Shown here one piece after another: positions 21,271-30,892 of a stretch of DNA of 64,000 nt. A program made the position numbers and the translations under genes. The number at the start of each line of letters is the position of its first letter. Within the stretch, counting starts at the first letter, position 1. The DNA is from Gemmatimonadota bacterium (GTDB lineage: Bacteria; Gemmatimonadota; Gemmatimonadetes; Gemmatimonadales; JACORV01), in contig JBGOSS010000006.1 of NCBI GenBank assembly GCA_041476105.1, forward strand, positions 1,099-65,098, given 5' to 3'. The notes under the pieces were generated by a model. It was given only the letters and a program-made list of their open reading frames with translations, ran no database searches and had not been told where the DNA came from.

Positions 21271-22545
21271 GTGCATTCCTCATCGCTGCTGCCGCTGATC
21301 GCGTGCTGCGTTCTGGTACCTGCCGCCCTGGCGGCGCAGAACGACGTTGCCGGATCGTCCGATCATCGCCTCTTCCCGCGCATCGCCGGCTACTACATCA
21401 CCGGCTATCGCGACACCGACCCCGTGCTCGAGGAGTTCCGCAACGGGCATGAGCTGGATCGCGACACCATCGAGGGTCGCGTCACCACTATCGCCTACGA
21501 CCTGCCGGGCGGCGCATCGCAGCAGCCGACGCCGCCGCTCGGTCTGATCCGTTACTACGAGGGCATCGTGCAGCGCCTCGGTGGCACGGTGCTCCACCGG
21601 GCGCCGGCCTTCGGTGAGCTGACGGCGCGGCTGGTGCAGAACGGCCGCGAGTTCTGGCTCCGGCTGCATGTCGAGAATACCAACGAGTACGTCGTGGTGA
21701 TCGGCGAACGTTCGGCGCCGGCGCAGGCGGCAGCCTTGGCGCTGGCCGGGAATCCCGGTGCCGCGGGATCGTGTCCGTGCGCCGGCCCGGGCGCCCCCCC
21801 GATCGGGGCCGCGTCGCCGCTGGTGCCCGCGGCGGCGCGCCGCTTCAGGGCGGCGGCGGCCCGCTTCGCGCTGGACACCGGCTGGGTTCCCGTGGTCCAG
21901 CCGGCGCGCGGCACCAGCAATGCCATCGTCGCGATCCGCGGCCTGCACGTCGAGGACGCGACCGCAGTGCGTTTCGGCGACACGCCGGGGCGGATCCTGG
22001 ATCGCATGGCCAGCGAGATCGACGTCGTCGTGCCGGTGCGTCCCGTCGGCCTGGTGCCGGTGGTCGTCAGCGGGCCGGCCGGCGCCCGGACGGCGCGTGA
22101 CTCATTCCAGGTCTATCAGGAGCCGATCAGCGATGGCTCGCGCGACCTGCGCGTCTACACCTGCACCGAGCCGCCACGCAGCGGCGCGCCGAGCGTGAGC
22201 AGCCTTGCGCCGACAGCGGTGCGTACCGGCGACACGCTGGTCATCAACGGGACGATGCTGGACGAGGTGGACTACGTGTCGTTCACGTACCGGGTGCCGG
22301 TGAACCAGATGTTCCCGCCGCGTGATCGCAACTGGGACGATGGCGGCGGTTTCTTGAGCCATCTCATGCCGCCCGAGGTGGAGAGGCGCGAGATCGCGGC
22401 GCTGCCCGTTACGCAGACCGCCACGCGCCTGACCGTGGTGGTGCCGGGTCGGGCACGCACCGGTCCCGTGGCACTGTTCGGTTACGGCAGCTGCATCATC
22501 AGCGATCAGGCCCTCGGCGTGCGGGTGGGGCCGGCGCCGCGTTAG
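21271..22545 (+). CDS. Secreted hypothetical protein with IPT/TIG-like domains
   Basis: GGGAGGG upstream of GTG 21271. Signal LLPLIACCVLVPAALAAQ. The C-terminal half has IPT/TIG-like segments (IVAIRGLHVEDATAVRFGDTPGRI...; SVSSLAPTAVRTGDTLVINGTML). Confidence 0.65.
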   Translation: MHSSSLLPLIACCVLVPAALAAQNDVAGSSDHRLFPRIAGYYITGYRDTDPVLEEFRNGHELDRDTIEGRVTTIAYDLPGGASQQPTPPLGLIRYYEGIVQRLGGTVLHRAPAFGELTARLVQNGREFWLRLHVENTNEYVVVIGERSAPAQAAALALAGNPGAAGSCPCAGPGAPPIGAASPLVPAAARRFRAAAARFALDTGWVPVVQPARGTSNAIVAIRGLHVEDATAVRFGDTPGRILDRMASEIDVVVPVRPVGLVPVVVSGPAGARTARDSFQVYQEPISDGSRDLRVYTCTEPPRSGAPSVSSLAPTAVRTGDTLVINGTMLDEVDYVSFTYRVPVNQMFPPRDRNWDDGGGFLSHLMPPEVERREIAALPVTQTATRLTVVVPGRARTGPVALFGYGSCIISDQALGVRVGPAPR

Positions 22546-22581
22546 GAGCGCGCCCCAGCGTCAGTTTGTGGAGGAGCGTGC

Positions 22582-23631
22582 CTAGGGCCGCCGGCGTGGC
22601 GGGGCCGACGACGTCGGCCTCGCCTCCCGAACGATGCGTGCCACGGTGGCGGAATCCGCGCTCAACAGCCCCACCTTCGGCAGTCTCCACAGCAGCGTCA
22701 CCCATCCGGAATCCTGCGCGAAGGCCCGCCGGAAGAGCGGGATCGCTTCGTCCACCCGCCCGCGATCGGCCAGGGTGTTGGCCCACCAGAAGACCAGCTC
22801 CCCGTTGACCGCCGTGTCGGGCAAGAGCGCGTCGGCTGCGCGGTACGCCCCCACGGCGGAATCGACCTGGTCCGCGGTGACGAAGTTGTCGCCGTCGGTG
22901 GCGTGGCGGTACGCGCGCGCCACGCGCAGCAGCCGCCGCAGCTCGACGAGCGGGGCGTGGCTGTCTTCCACGCGGAGATCGAAGATCCGGTCCCACGAGG
23001 GGAGCGAGCGGTCGCCGCTCACCACCACCAGCGCCGCCGACTGCATCCCCCGGATGTCGCCGCCCTCACGCTGCGCCGCATCGAGCGCCGCCAGAAGGCG
23101 GTCGGCCAGGTCGCCCCCGCTGCTCTCGAAGGCGCGCCCCATCGCGTCCCACACCGTATTCCGCGCCATCAGGTTGGCCTGGGCGGCGTACCACCGGCCC
23201 ACGCGGCTGCCAGCCTCAGGGACGTCGCGCTGCCCCGTGTACGAGGCCACGTGGCCGGTCGCGTCGATCATTCCGAGTTGCCGCACCGCGGAGTCGGGAT
23301 CCGCGGCGAGCAGCGCCCGCATCGCCATCGGTGCGCTCACGCCGGTGCGCATCAGGGCGAGAGCCCGCGGCCCGTACGCGGGATTGATGAACGACTGCGT
23401 GGCGACCGCGCCGATGCCCGGCTCCGCCCAGCTCACCACGCTTCCCACCGAGAACCAGTGCGACTGCACCGCGACGCCGATCTGGCCCGTTGCGGAGTCC
23501 ACCGCCACGATCGAGAAGGTGTGCATCGGGCGGACGGGATGAGCCTGCTGGGCGGCCGCCGAGATCGGCAGTGCGGCTGCGGTCGCCGTGGCAGCAAGGC
23601 GCGAGATGAACGCATGAACATAGTGAGACAT
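22582..23631 (-). CDS. DUF1028-family (Ntn-hydrolase-like) secreted protein with C-terminal helical repeat region
   Basis: Start MSHYVHAF... at 23631 (TGATG overlap with the doxX-like stop). Signal, then HTFSIVAVDSATGQIGVAVQSHWFSVG, the hallmark DUF1028 N-terminus. Confidence 0.8.
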   Translation of the reverse strand: MSHYVHAFISRLAATATAAALPISAAAQQAHPVRPMHTFSIVAVDSATGQIGVAVQSHWFSVGSVVSWAEPGIGAVATQSFINPAYGPRALALMRTGVSAPMAMRALLAADPDSAVRQLGMIDATGHVASYTGQRDVPEAGSRVGRWYAAQANLMARNTVWDAMGRAFESSGGDLADRLLAALDAAQREGGDIRGMQSAALVVVSGDRSLPSWDRIFDLRVEDSHAPLVELRRLLRVARAYRHATDGDNFVTADQVDSAVGAYRAADALLPDTAVNGELVFWWANTLADRGRVDEAIPLFRRAFAQDSGWVTLLWRLPKVGLLSADSATVARIVREARPTSSAPPRRRP

Positions 23632-24137
23632 CAGGAGCTCCTCGATGGCTTGGTCATCGCACGCACCAGCAGATTGGCGAATCCTCCCGCCACGCCCGCG
23701 GCCACACCAATCCACGCATAGCGCGTCGTCGTCAATGAGGTGAGTCCCAGCTGGTAGTCGAGCGACAAGGCCCCGGACCCGGCAAAGGCGAGAAGAAACG
23801 CCCCCGTCGCGTAGACCAGCGGCAGCTCGATGCCGTTGTTCGTCGCAAAGAAGCCATTCTTCGCGTGCACCGACCCCATCGCCACGATCATCACCAGGAT
23901 GATCAGTGCCGGGCCGACCGGTCCGAAGAGCCCGAGCGCGACCAGCCCGCCGCCGACCAGCTCGCCCAGGCCGGCCGCCATGGCGAAGAGCCGGCCGGTC
24001 GGGAAGCCGATTTGCACCAGGAACTCTCCGGTGTTCCGGAGGCCGTAACCCGAGAACCAGCCGAAGAGCTTCTGGGCCCCGTGCGCGGCGATGCCAAGGC
24101 CGAGCAGCAGGCGCGCGATCAGCAGTGCTTCGTCCAT
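23631..24137 (-). CDS. DoxX-family membrane protein
   Basis: LIARLLLGLGIAAHGAQKLFGWFSGYG...GELVGGGLVALGLF...VHAKNGFF. Four TM helices typical of DoxX. Confidence 0.85.
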   Translation of the reverse strand: MDEALLIARLLLGLGIAAHGAQKLFGWFSGYGLRNTGEFLVQIGFPTGRLFAMAAGLGELVGGGLVALGLFGPVGPALIILVMIVAMGSVHAKNGFFATNNGIELPLVYATGAFLLAFAGSGALSLDYQLGLTSLTTTRYAWIGVAAGVAGGFANLLVRAMTKPSRSS

Positions 24138-24197
24138 GAGGGTCTCTCCTTCAGAGTGCTCAGCTATGCGACCAATTCTGTCTCCGCGGCATCCTCA

Positions 24198-25613
24198 ATG
24201 GAAGCACCCCTAACCATCCAGGTGGTCTCGATGCTCGTGCTGCTGAGTCTGGCTACCGCCCTTGCCGCCCAGGAACCCGTCGTCCAGGGACCCATTGGCC
24301 AGCGGCTCGATTCCGCCATCCAGGCTGCCGAGGCCGGCGGCTTCCATGGCACCGTCCTGATCGCGCAGCGCGGCGCAACCGTCCTCCTCAAGGGTTACGG
24401 CTTCGCGAATCACGAGACCAACACCCACTTCTCCCCCTCCACCCTGGTCCAAATCGGATCGAACGTGAAGGACTTCACCAAGACCGCGATCTATCAACTC
24501 GCCGAGGGCGGCCGGCTGCGACTCACCGATTCACTCGGGCAATTCTTCCCCGACGTCGCGGCCGACAAGCGCGGCATCACGATCCAGCAGCTCCTCACTC
24601 ACCGGGCCGGCCTCCCTCTCGGCGCCGGCGGCGGCGATCAGCGCGCGCTCACCAAGGGCGACATGCTGCGCGACCTGAACACCCTCCAGCTCCTCTCGCC
24701 TCCCGGCACGCAGGAGCGCTACTCGAACCTCGGCTACGCACTCCTCGCCGCCATCATCGAGCGGGTCACCGGCCAGCCCTTCGAGCGCTATGTCGCCGAG
24801 CAGATTCTGCGCCCCGCGGGGCTGCACGACACCGGCTCCCACCTCGCCGGCTTTGACCGCGCGCGCATTGCCCACGGCTACGCCCCAGGCAACCGCGACA
24901 TCGGCGTCATTCTCGACCTGCCGCACGACGAGACCGGCCACCTCTATCAGCTGCGCGGCAATGGCGGATACCTCTCGACCGTCAGCGACATGCTCCGCTA
25001 CTACCACGCGCTCCCGACGCTGCTGCGCGACGAGGCCGACCGGCGCGCCGTCTTCCGCACCGACGGCCCGAACGTGCTCGCCGGATCGGACCTCACCAGC
25101 TTCTTTCTCTTCGCCAACTTTCCCGGCGCCGGCGCCGAGATCGTGATCGCCAGCAACCACGCTGACTACAACGGCGAGCGGTTGATGCGCGCGCTCACGC
25201 CGATCCTCGGCATCCGCCAGCCGGGCGGGGAAGGGCGCGAGGTCGTCGAGACCTCGCCGCGCCCTTCGCCGCGGAGCGGGCCGACGTCGAATCGCCTCCC
25301 CGACACCGGCCCCGGCCGCACCGTCGGCGCGTACCTCGAGGCCTTCAACACCGGCGACACCGCCGTCATGCGCCGCTTCTTCACCGACCACGGCGACACC
25401 GGCCCCGGCGCCCCGCCGGTCGCGACGCGCCTCGAGCGCTATCAGCAGATGTACGGCAACCTCGGCCGACTCACCGTGCGCGGCGTGACCGAGTCGCCCG
25501 ACGGCCTCATCGTTACCGCCGAATCGGGCACCGGCGAAACGGTGTCGCTGACCTTCCTGATTGACCCGAACGCACCCTATCAGCTGCGGGGGCTGCGCGT
25601 CGAAGTCGGTTGA
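24198..25613 (+). CDS. Serine hydrolase, beta-lactamase/PBP4-like family
   Basis: Signal VVSMLVLLSLATALAAQ. S-x-x-K motif (IGSNVKDFT) and Y-S-N motif (RYSNLGYALL). Start chosen at in-frame ATG 24198. Confidence 0.85.
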   Translation: MEAPLTIQVVSMLVLLSLATALAAQEPVVQGPIGQRLDSAIQAAEAGGFHGTVLIAQRGATVLLKGYGFANHETNTHFSPSTLVQIGSNVKDFTKTAIYQLAEGGRLRLTDSLGQFFPDVAADKRGITIQQLLTHRAGLPLGAGGGDQRALTKGDMLRDLNTLQLLSPPGTQERYSNLGYALLAAIIERVTGQPFERYVAEQILRPAGLHDTGSHLAGFDRARIAHGYAPGNRDIGVILDLPHDETGHLYQLRGNGGYLSTVSDMLRYYHALPTLLRDEADRRAVFRTDGPNVLAGSDLTSFFLFANFPGAGAEIVIASNHADYNGERLMRALTPILGIRQPGGEGREVVETSPRPSPRSGPTSNRLPDTGPGRTVGAYLEAFNTGDTAVMRRFFTDHGDTGPGAPPVATRLERYQQMYGNLGRLTVRGVTESPDGLIVTAESGTGETVSLTFLIDPNAPYQLRGLRVEVG

Positions 25614-25656
25614 GCCCGGTTTGACCCGCACGGCATCGCCGTGCACGTTTTGCCCG

Positions 25657-27549
25657 ATGGACAGGCCTTCGCTCGCCGACCGGCTCCGCTACCGGTTCGA
25701 CAACTTCATGTCCCGCGGCACCGTCGCCCTGATCGCCGGGCTCGGCGTGATCTCGGTGGCCATCATCACCGCGGCCGCCGCGCTGATCGCCCTGACCGGC
25801 GTGACCCCCGAAGGCGGCGGCCCCGTCGGCTTCGGCGAGGCCACCTGGGCCTCACTGATGCGCACCCTCGACGCCGGCACCATGGGCGGCGATACCGGCT
25901 GGGCCTTCCGCGTCATCATGCTGCTCGTCACCCTGGGCGGCATCTTCGTCATCAGCGCCCTGATCGGGGTGCTGAACACCGGCCTGGAGCACCGGCTCGA
26001 GGAGCTGCGCAAAGGCCGCTCGCGCGTCATCGAGACCAATCACACCGTGATCCTGGGCTGGTCGCAGCAGGTCTTTCCGATCATCGCCGAGCTGGTCGAA
26101 GCCAACGCCAACCAGCGCCGCTCCTGCGTCGTCATCCTGGGCGACCGGGACCGCGTCGAGATGGAAGCGGCAATCCGGGACAACGTCGGAAAGACGGGCC
26201 GCACCCGAATCGTCTGCCGCTCCGGGAGCCCGATCTCCCTGAACGACCTCGACATCGTCAGCCTGCACGCCGCGCGCTCCATCATCGTGCTTTCCCCCGA
26301 GGGCGGCGAGCCCGATAGTGGCGCGATCAAGACGATCCTGGCCATCACCAACAACCCGCGCCGCAAGCCGGAGCCGTACCACATCGTCGCGGAGATCGTG
26401 GAACCGAAGAACGTCGAGGCCGCGCGGATGGTGGGGAAGGGCGAGGTCGAGCTGGTGCTGACCGGCAGCCTGGTATCGCGGATCATCGCGCAGACCTGCC
26501 GGCAGAGCGGCCTCTCGGTCGTCTACACCGAGCTGCTCGACTTCGGCGGCGACGAGATCTACTTCAAGGAGGAGCCGGCCTTGACCGGCCGGACCTTCGG
26601 CGAGGCGCTGCTGGCCTACGAGGACTCGGCCGTCATCGGCCTGCGCACCGCCCAGGGGCCGCGGCTCAACCCTCCCATGGACACGCGGATCCAGCCGGGC
26701 GACCAGATCATCGCCGTGTCGGAGGACGACGACACCATCCGGCTCTCGGGGCTGGGCGAAGCCGGCATCAGCCGTTCCGTCCTTCAGCTGCGGCGGCCGA
26801 CCCAGGGTACCCCGGAGCGCACCCTGATCCTCGGCTGGAACTGGCGCGCGCCCGCCATCATCGGCGAGCTCGACCACTACGTGGCCCCCGGCTCGGCGAT
26901 GACCGTGGTGGCCGACGTGGCCGGCGTCGGCGACCTCATTGCCGGGTGCCGCGCCGACGTGCGCAACCAGGCCCTGGCCGCCCAGGCGGGCGACACCACC
27001 GACCGCCGCACCCTCGACAGCCTGAAGATCGAGACCTACAAGCACGTGATCGTGCTGGCCTACGACCATCTCGACGCCCAGCGGGCCGACGCGCGCACCC
27101 TGATCACCCTGCTCCACCTACGCGACATCGCCGACACCCACGGGCATCCCTTTTCCATCGTCAGCGAGATGCTCGACGTGCGCAACCGGGCCCTGGCCGA
27201 GGTGACCAAGGCCGACGACTTCATCGTGAGCGACAAGCTGGTGAGCCTGATCCTGGCGCAGATCTCGGAGAACAAGGAGCTCAACGCCGTCTTCACCGAC
27301 ATCTTCGACCCGGAAGGTTCGGAGATCTACCTCAAGCTGGCGTCGAACTACGTGAAGACCGGCGAGCCGGTCAACTTCTACACCGTGGTGGAAGCCGCGC
27401 GTCAAAAGGGGGAGGTGGCGCTGGGCTACCGGCTCAACGCGCACGCCGGCGACGCGGCCCAGGGCTACGGCGTGGCGGTGAATCCCGCCAAGTCCCGGGC
27501 GGTGACCTTCGCCGAGTGGGACCGGATCATCGTGCTGGCCGAGACCTAG
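25657..27549 (+). CDS. CASTOR/POLLUX-like putative ion channel with two RCK/TrkA-type domains
   Basis: N-terminus LRYRFDNFMSRGTVALI plus two or three TM/pore helices. Then two Rossmann-like RCK segments (HTVILGWSQQVFPII...; TLILGWNWRAPAII...). Confidence 0.8.
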   Translation: MDRPSLADRLRYRFDNFMSRGTVALIAGLGVISVAIITAAAALIALTGVTPEGGGPVGFGEATWASLMRTLDAGTMGGDTGWAFRVIMLLVTLGGIFVISALIGVLNTGLEHRLEELRKGRSRVIETNHTVILGWSQQVFPIIAELVEANANQRRSCVVILGDRDRVEMEAAIRDNVGKTGRTRIVCRSGSPISLNDLDIVSLHAARSIIVLSPEGGEPDSGAIKTILAITNNPRRKPEPYHIVAEIVEPKNVEAARMVGKGEVELVLTGSLVSRIIAQTCRQSGLSVVYTELLDFGGDEIYFKEEPALTGRTFGEALLAYEDSAVIGLRTAQGPRLNPPMDTRIQPGDQIIAVSEDDDTIRLSGLGEAGISRSVLQLRRPTQGTPERTLILGWNWRAPAIIGELDHYVAPGSAMTVVADVAGVGDLIAGCRADVRNQALAAQAGDTTDRRTLDSLKIETYKHVIVLAYDHLDAQRADARTLITLLHLRDIADTHGHPFSIVSEMLDVRNRALAEVTKADDFIVSDKLVSLILAQISENKELNAVFTDIFDPEGSEIYLKLASNYVKTGEPVNFYTVVEAARQKGEVALGYRLNAHAGDAAQGYGVAVNPAKSRAVTFAEWDRIIVLAET

Positions 27550-27656
27550 CGCCCGGTGCGGGATGGCGCCCCGCGGCGCTGTCTTGCGCTCCGATTCGCG
27601 ACCCGCCATATCATTAGGGAGGCTGTAGCGCTTCGCCACCAGGTAAGGGGATTCCC

Positions 27657-30600
27657 ATGAAACGGCACTATCTCGCCGCCGGTCTCGCACTGGCCCTCAT
27701 CGCCTGCCAGGGGGACGCCCCCACCGGCGCACCCGGCCCGCTGATGGACAACGCCGGCGCCGCCGGCGCCACCGCCGCTAACCCACGCTATATCATCCGG
27801 TTCCGCGACGGCCAGGTCGACGAATCCGCCCAGACCGACCGGCTGGTCCGGGAGCACGCCGGGCTGCTGGTTTACACCTACCACAACGCCATCAAGGGTT
27901 TCGCCGCCGAGTTCGCCGACCGCGACATCGCGGCCCTGGCGCGGGATCCGAGCGTGGTGGCGGTCGAGGCCGACCAGGTGATGCACATCATCGGGACCCA
28001 GCTCAATCCGCCCTCCTGGGGCCTCGACCGGGTCGACCAGCACCCGCTCCCGCTGAGCAACTCGTACACCTTCAACGCGACCGGCACCGGCGTCACGGTC
28101 TACATCATCGACACCGGCATCCGGTTCACGCACGTCGACTTCGGCGGACGGGCCTCTCCGGGCGTCGATGAGATCGTGCCCAGCACGGGCGCCGTCGACT
28201 GCAACGGCCACGGCACGCACGTGTCGGGGACCGTGGGCGGCAGCACCTATGGCATGGCCAAGAACGTCACGCTGGTCGCCGTCCGGGTCCTGGCGTGCAG
28301 CGGTTCGGGCCCGACGTCGGGCGTGATCGCCGGCATCGACTGGGTAACCGGGCAGAAGATCGCGCACCCCACGACGCCCATGGCGGCGAACATGAGCCTG
28401 GGCGGCGGGTTCTCGTTGGCGCTGAACGCCGCCGTCACCAACTCGGTCGCGGCCGGCGTGACCTACGCCGTCGCGGCGGGCAACAGCAACGCCGACGCCT
28501 GCCTCGAGTCACCCAGCTCGGCGCCGAACGCGATCACCGTCGCGGCGACCACCATCAGCGACGCGCGCGCCTCGTTCTCCAATTTCGGCAGCTGCGTCGA
28601 CATCTTCGCCCCTGGACAGGCCATCAAGTCGGACTGGTTCCTGAGCGACACGGCGACCAACACCATCAGCGGGACGTCGATGGCGTCGCCGCACGTGGCC
28701 GGGGCCGCCGCGCTGTACCTCGAGGTGAACCCTGCGGCGTCGCCGGCGAGTGTCGCCACGGCCCTGACGACGAACGCCACGGCGGGCGTCGTCACCAGCC
28801 CCGGGACGAACTCGCCCAATCTGCTCCTCTACACCCTCTTCATCGGCGGCGGCGGACCGCCGCCGCCGCCCCCGCCGGTGGCGAACTACACCTTCAGCTG
28901 CACCGGCCTGAGCTGCAGCTTCGACGGGAGCGGCTCGACCGCGCTGGCCAACGCCACCTACGGCTGGAGCTGGGGCGACGGAACGCCCAACGGCTCGGGC
29001 AAGACGGCCACGCACACCTACGCGGCGGCGGGTACCTACACCGTGACGTTGACGGTCACCGACGCGAACGGAACGGGCACCAGGACCCAGCAGGTGACCG
29101 TGACGGTGCCGGCGCCGGTCGCGAACTGGACCTTCACCTGCAACGGGCTGGCCTGCACCTTCGACGGGAGCACCTCGACCGCGCAGCCCAACGCGACCTA
29201 CGAGTGGCGCTGGGGTGACGAGTCGCGGCCGTTCGGCACGACCAAGGTGGCGCTCCACACCTACGCGGCGCCCGGTTCGTACTTTGTGACCCTGAGGGTC
29301 ACCGATGGCGGCGGGACGAGCACCAGGATCCAGCAGATCACCGTCACCAACGCGCCGCCGCCGCCGCCGGTGGCGAACTTCACCTTCAACTGCACGTTGC
29401 TGACCTGCAGCTTCGACGGGAGCACGTCGACCGCGCAGGCCAACGCCACCTACGGCTGGGCCTGGGGCGATGGGACCCCCAACGGATCGGGGAAGACGAC
29501 CACGCACAGCTTCGCCGTGGCGGGGACCTATAGCGTGACGCTCACGGTCACCGATGCGGGCGGCAGCAGCAACCAGGCCCAGAATGTCACGGTGTCCATC
29601 CCGGCGCCGGTGGCGAACTTCACCTTCAACTGCACGCTGCTGAGCTGCAGCTTCGACGGCAGCACGTCGACGGCGCAGCCCAACGCCACCTACGGCTGGG
29701 TCTGGGGCGACGGGACCCCCAACGGCTCGGGGAAGACCACCACCCACAGCTTCGCCGTGGCGGGGACCTACGGCGTGACGCTGACGGTCACCGATGCGGG
29801 CGGCAGCAGCAACCGGACCCAGAACGTCACGGTCACGATTCCGGCGCCGGTGGCAAACTTCACCTTCAGTTGCATCGGGCTGGCCTGCAGTTTCGACGGG
29901 AGCAGCTCGACCGCGCAGCCCAATGCCACGTACGGCTGGGATTTCGGCGATGGGTCGACCGGTTCGGGCAAGACCGCATCGCACACCTATGGCGCGAGTG
30001 GCACCTACACCGTGACGCTGACGGTGACCGACGCCGGCGGCAGCAGCAACAAGTCCCTGGCGGTCACGCCCTCGGTGGCGGCGCCGGTGGCGAACTTCAC
30101 CTTCAGCTGCACGCTGCTGAACTGCAACTTCGATGGGAGCAGCTCGACGGCGCAGTCCAACGCCACCTACAGCTGGGATTTCGGCGACGGGTCGAACGGC
30201 ACGGGCAAGACGGCGTCGCGCACCTACGCCGCATTCGGCTCCTACAACGTGACGCTGACGGTCACCGATGCGGGTGGCAGCAACAGCCGCACCCGGCTCG
30301 TGACGCTCACGCCGCCGGTGCCGGTGGCGAACTTCACCTTCACCTGCACCGCCTTGGCCTGCGGCTTCGACGGGAGCAGCTCGACGGCCCAGCCCAACGC
30401 CACCTACGCGTGGACCTGGGGGGATGGCACGCCCAATGGATCCGGCAAGACCGCGACCCACACCTACGCCGCGGCGGGCACCTTCAACGTGACGCTCACC
30501 GTCACCGATGCCGGTGGCAGCGGCAACCGGACCCAGGCGGTGACCGTCACCATTCCTCCGCCGGTGGCGAACTTCACCTACAGCTGCAACGGGCTGGTCT

Positions 30601-30797
30601 GCAATTACGACGGGAGCAGCTCGAGCGCGCAGCCTAACGCGACGTACGAGTATCGCTGGGGTGACGAGACGCGGCCGTTCGGCTCGACCAAGCTGGCGAC
30701 GCACACCTACGCGGCGCCGGGCACGTACTTCGTCAGCCTGATCGTGACCGATGCCGGCGGGACCAACCGCATCATCAAGCCGGTCACCGCTCCGTAA
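27657..30797 (+). CDS. Secreted subtilisin-family (S8) peptidase with I9 propeptide and eight tandem PKD domains
   Basis: Lipobox LALALIAC. I9-like propeptide YIIRFRDGQVD...YTYHNAIKGFAAEF. Catalytic triad VYIIDTGI / HGTHVSGT / SGTSMASPHVAG. Then 8 copies of about 80 aa: VANFTF.C..L.C.FDGS.STAQPNATY.W.WGDG...G......H.Y...G.Y.VTLTVTDAGG. Confidence 0.9.
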   Translation: MKRHYLAAGLALALIACQGDAPTGAPGPLMDNAGAAGATAANPRYIIRFRDGQVDESAQTDRLVREHAGLLVYTYHNAIKGFAAEFADRDIAALARDPSVVAVEADQVMHIIGTQLNPPSWGLDRVDQHPLPLSNSYTFNATGTGVTVYIIDTGIRFTHVDFGGRASPGVDEIVPSTGAVDCNGHGTHVSGTVGGSTYGMAKNVTLVAVRVLACSGSGPTSGVIAGIDWVTGQKIAHPTTPMAANMSLGGGFSLALNAAVTNSVAAGVTYAVAAGNSNADACLESPSSAPNAITVAATTISDARASFSNFGSCVDIFAPGQAIKSDWFLSDTATNTISGTSMASPHVAGAAALYLEVNPAASPASVATALTTNATAGVVTSPGTNSPNLLLYTLFIGGGGPPPPPPPVANYTFSCTGLSCSFDGSGSTALANATYGWSWGDGTPNGSGKTATHTYAAAGTYTVTLTVTDANGTGTRTQQVTVTVPAPVANWTFTCNGLACTFDGSTSTAQPNATYEWRWGDESRPFGTTKVALHTYAAPGSYFVTLRVTDGGGTSTRIQQITVTNAPPPPPVANFTFNCTLLTCSFDGSTSTAQANATYGWAWGDGTPNGSGKTTTHSFAVAGTYSVTLTVTDAGGSSNQAQNVTVSIPAPVANFTFNCTLLSCSFDGSTSTAQPNATYGWVWGDGTPNGSGKTTTHSFAVAGTYGVTLTVTDAGGSSNRTQNVTVTIPAPVANFTFSCIGLACSFDGSSSTAQPNATYGWDFGDGSTGSGKTASHTYGASGTYTVTLTVTDAGGSSNKSLAVTPSVAAPVANFTFSCTLLNCNFDGSSSTAQSNATYSWDFGDGSNGTGKTASRTYAAFGSYNVTLTVTDAGGSNSRTRLVTLTPPVPVANFTFTCTALACGFDGSSSTAQPNATYAWTWGDGTPNGSGKTATHTYAAAGTFNVTLTVTDAGGSGNRTQAVTVTIPPPVANFTYSCNGLVCNYDGSSSSAQPNATYEYRWGDETRPFGSTKLATHTYAAPGTYFVSLIVTDAGGTNRIIKPVTAP
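28878..30794 (+). repeat. In-frame tandem array of eight about 240-bp (237-252 bp) PKD-domain coding repeats
   Basis: Repeat starts (GTGGCGAAC or GTCGCGAAC) at 28878, 29118, 29370, 29610, 29850, 30087, 30324 and 30564. Repeats 3 and 4 differ at about 20 of 240 nt by manual alignment. Confidence 0.9.
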
Positions 30798-30892
30798 GGC
30801 GTGCTGCACGAGCCAGGCCCCACAGCGAGCGTTGTCGCTGTGGGGCCTGCGCTTGCCGTTCGCCGCCACAGGCGTTCGTTTTGACCCCTGCC

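Noticed and set aside
28878-30794. Regular 240-bp periodicity that could suggest a CRISPR array or non-coding satellite
   Set aside because: The units are contiguous with no spacers. They are in frame within one long ORF and each encodes a recognisable PKD domain.
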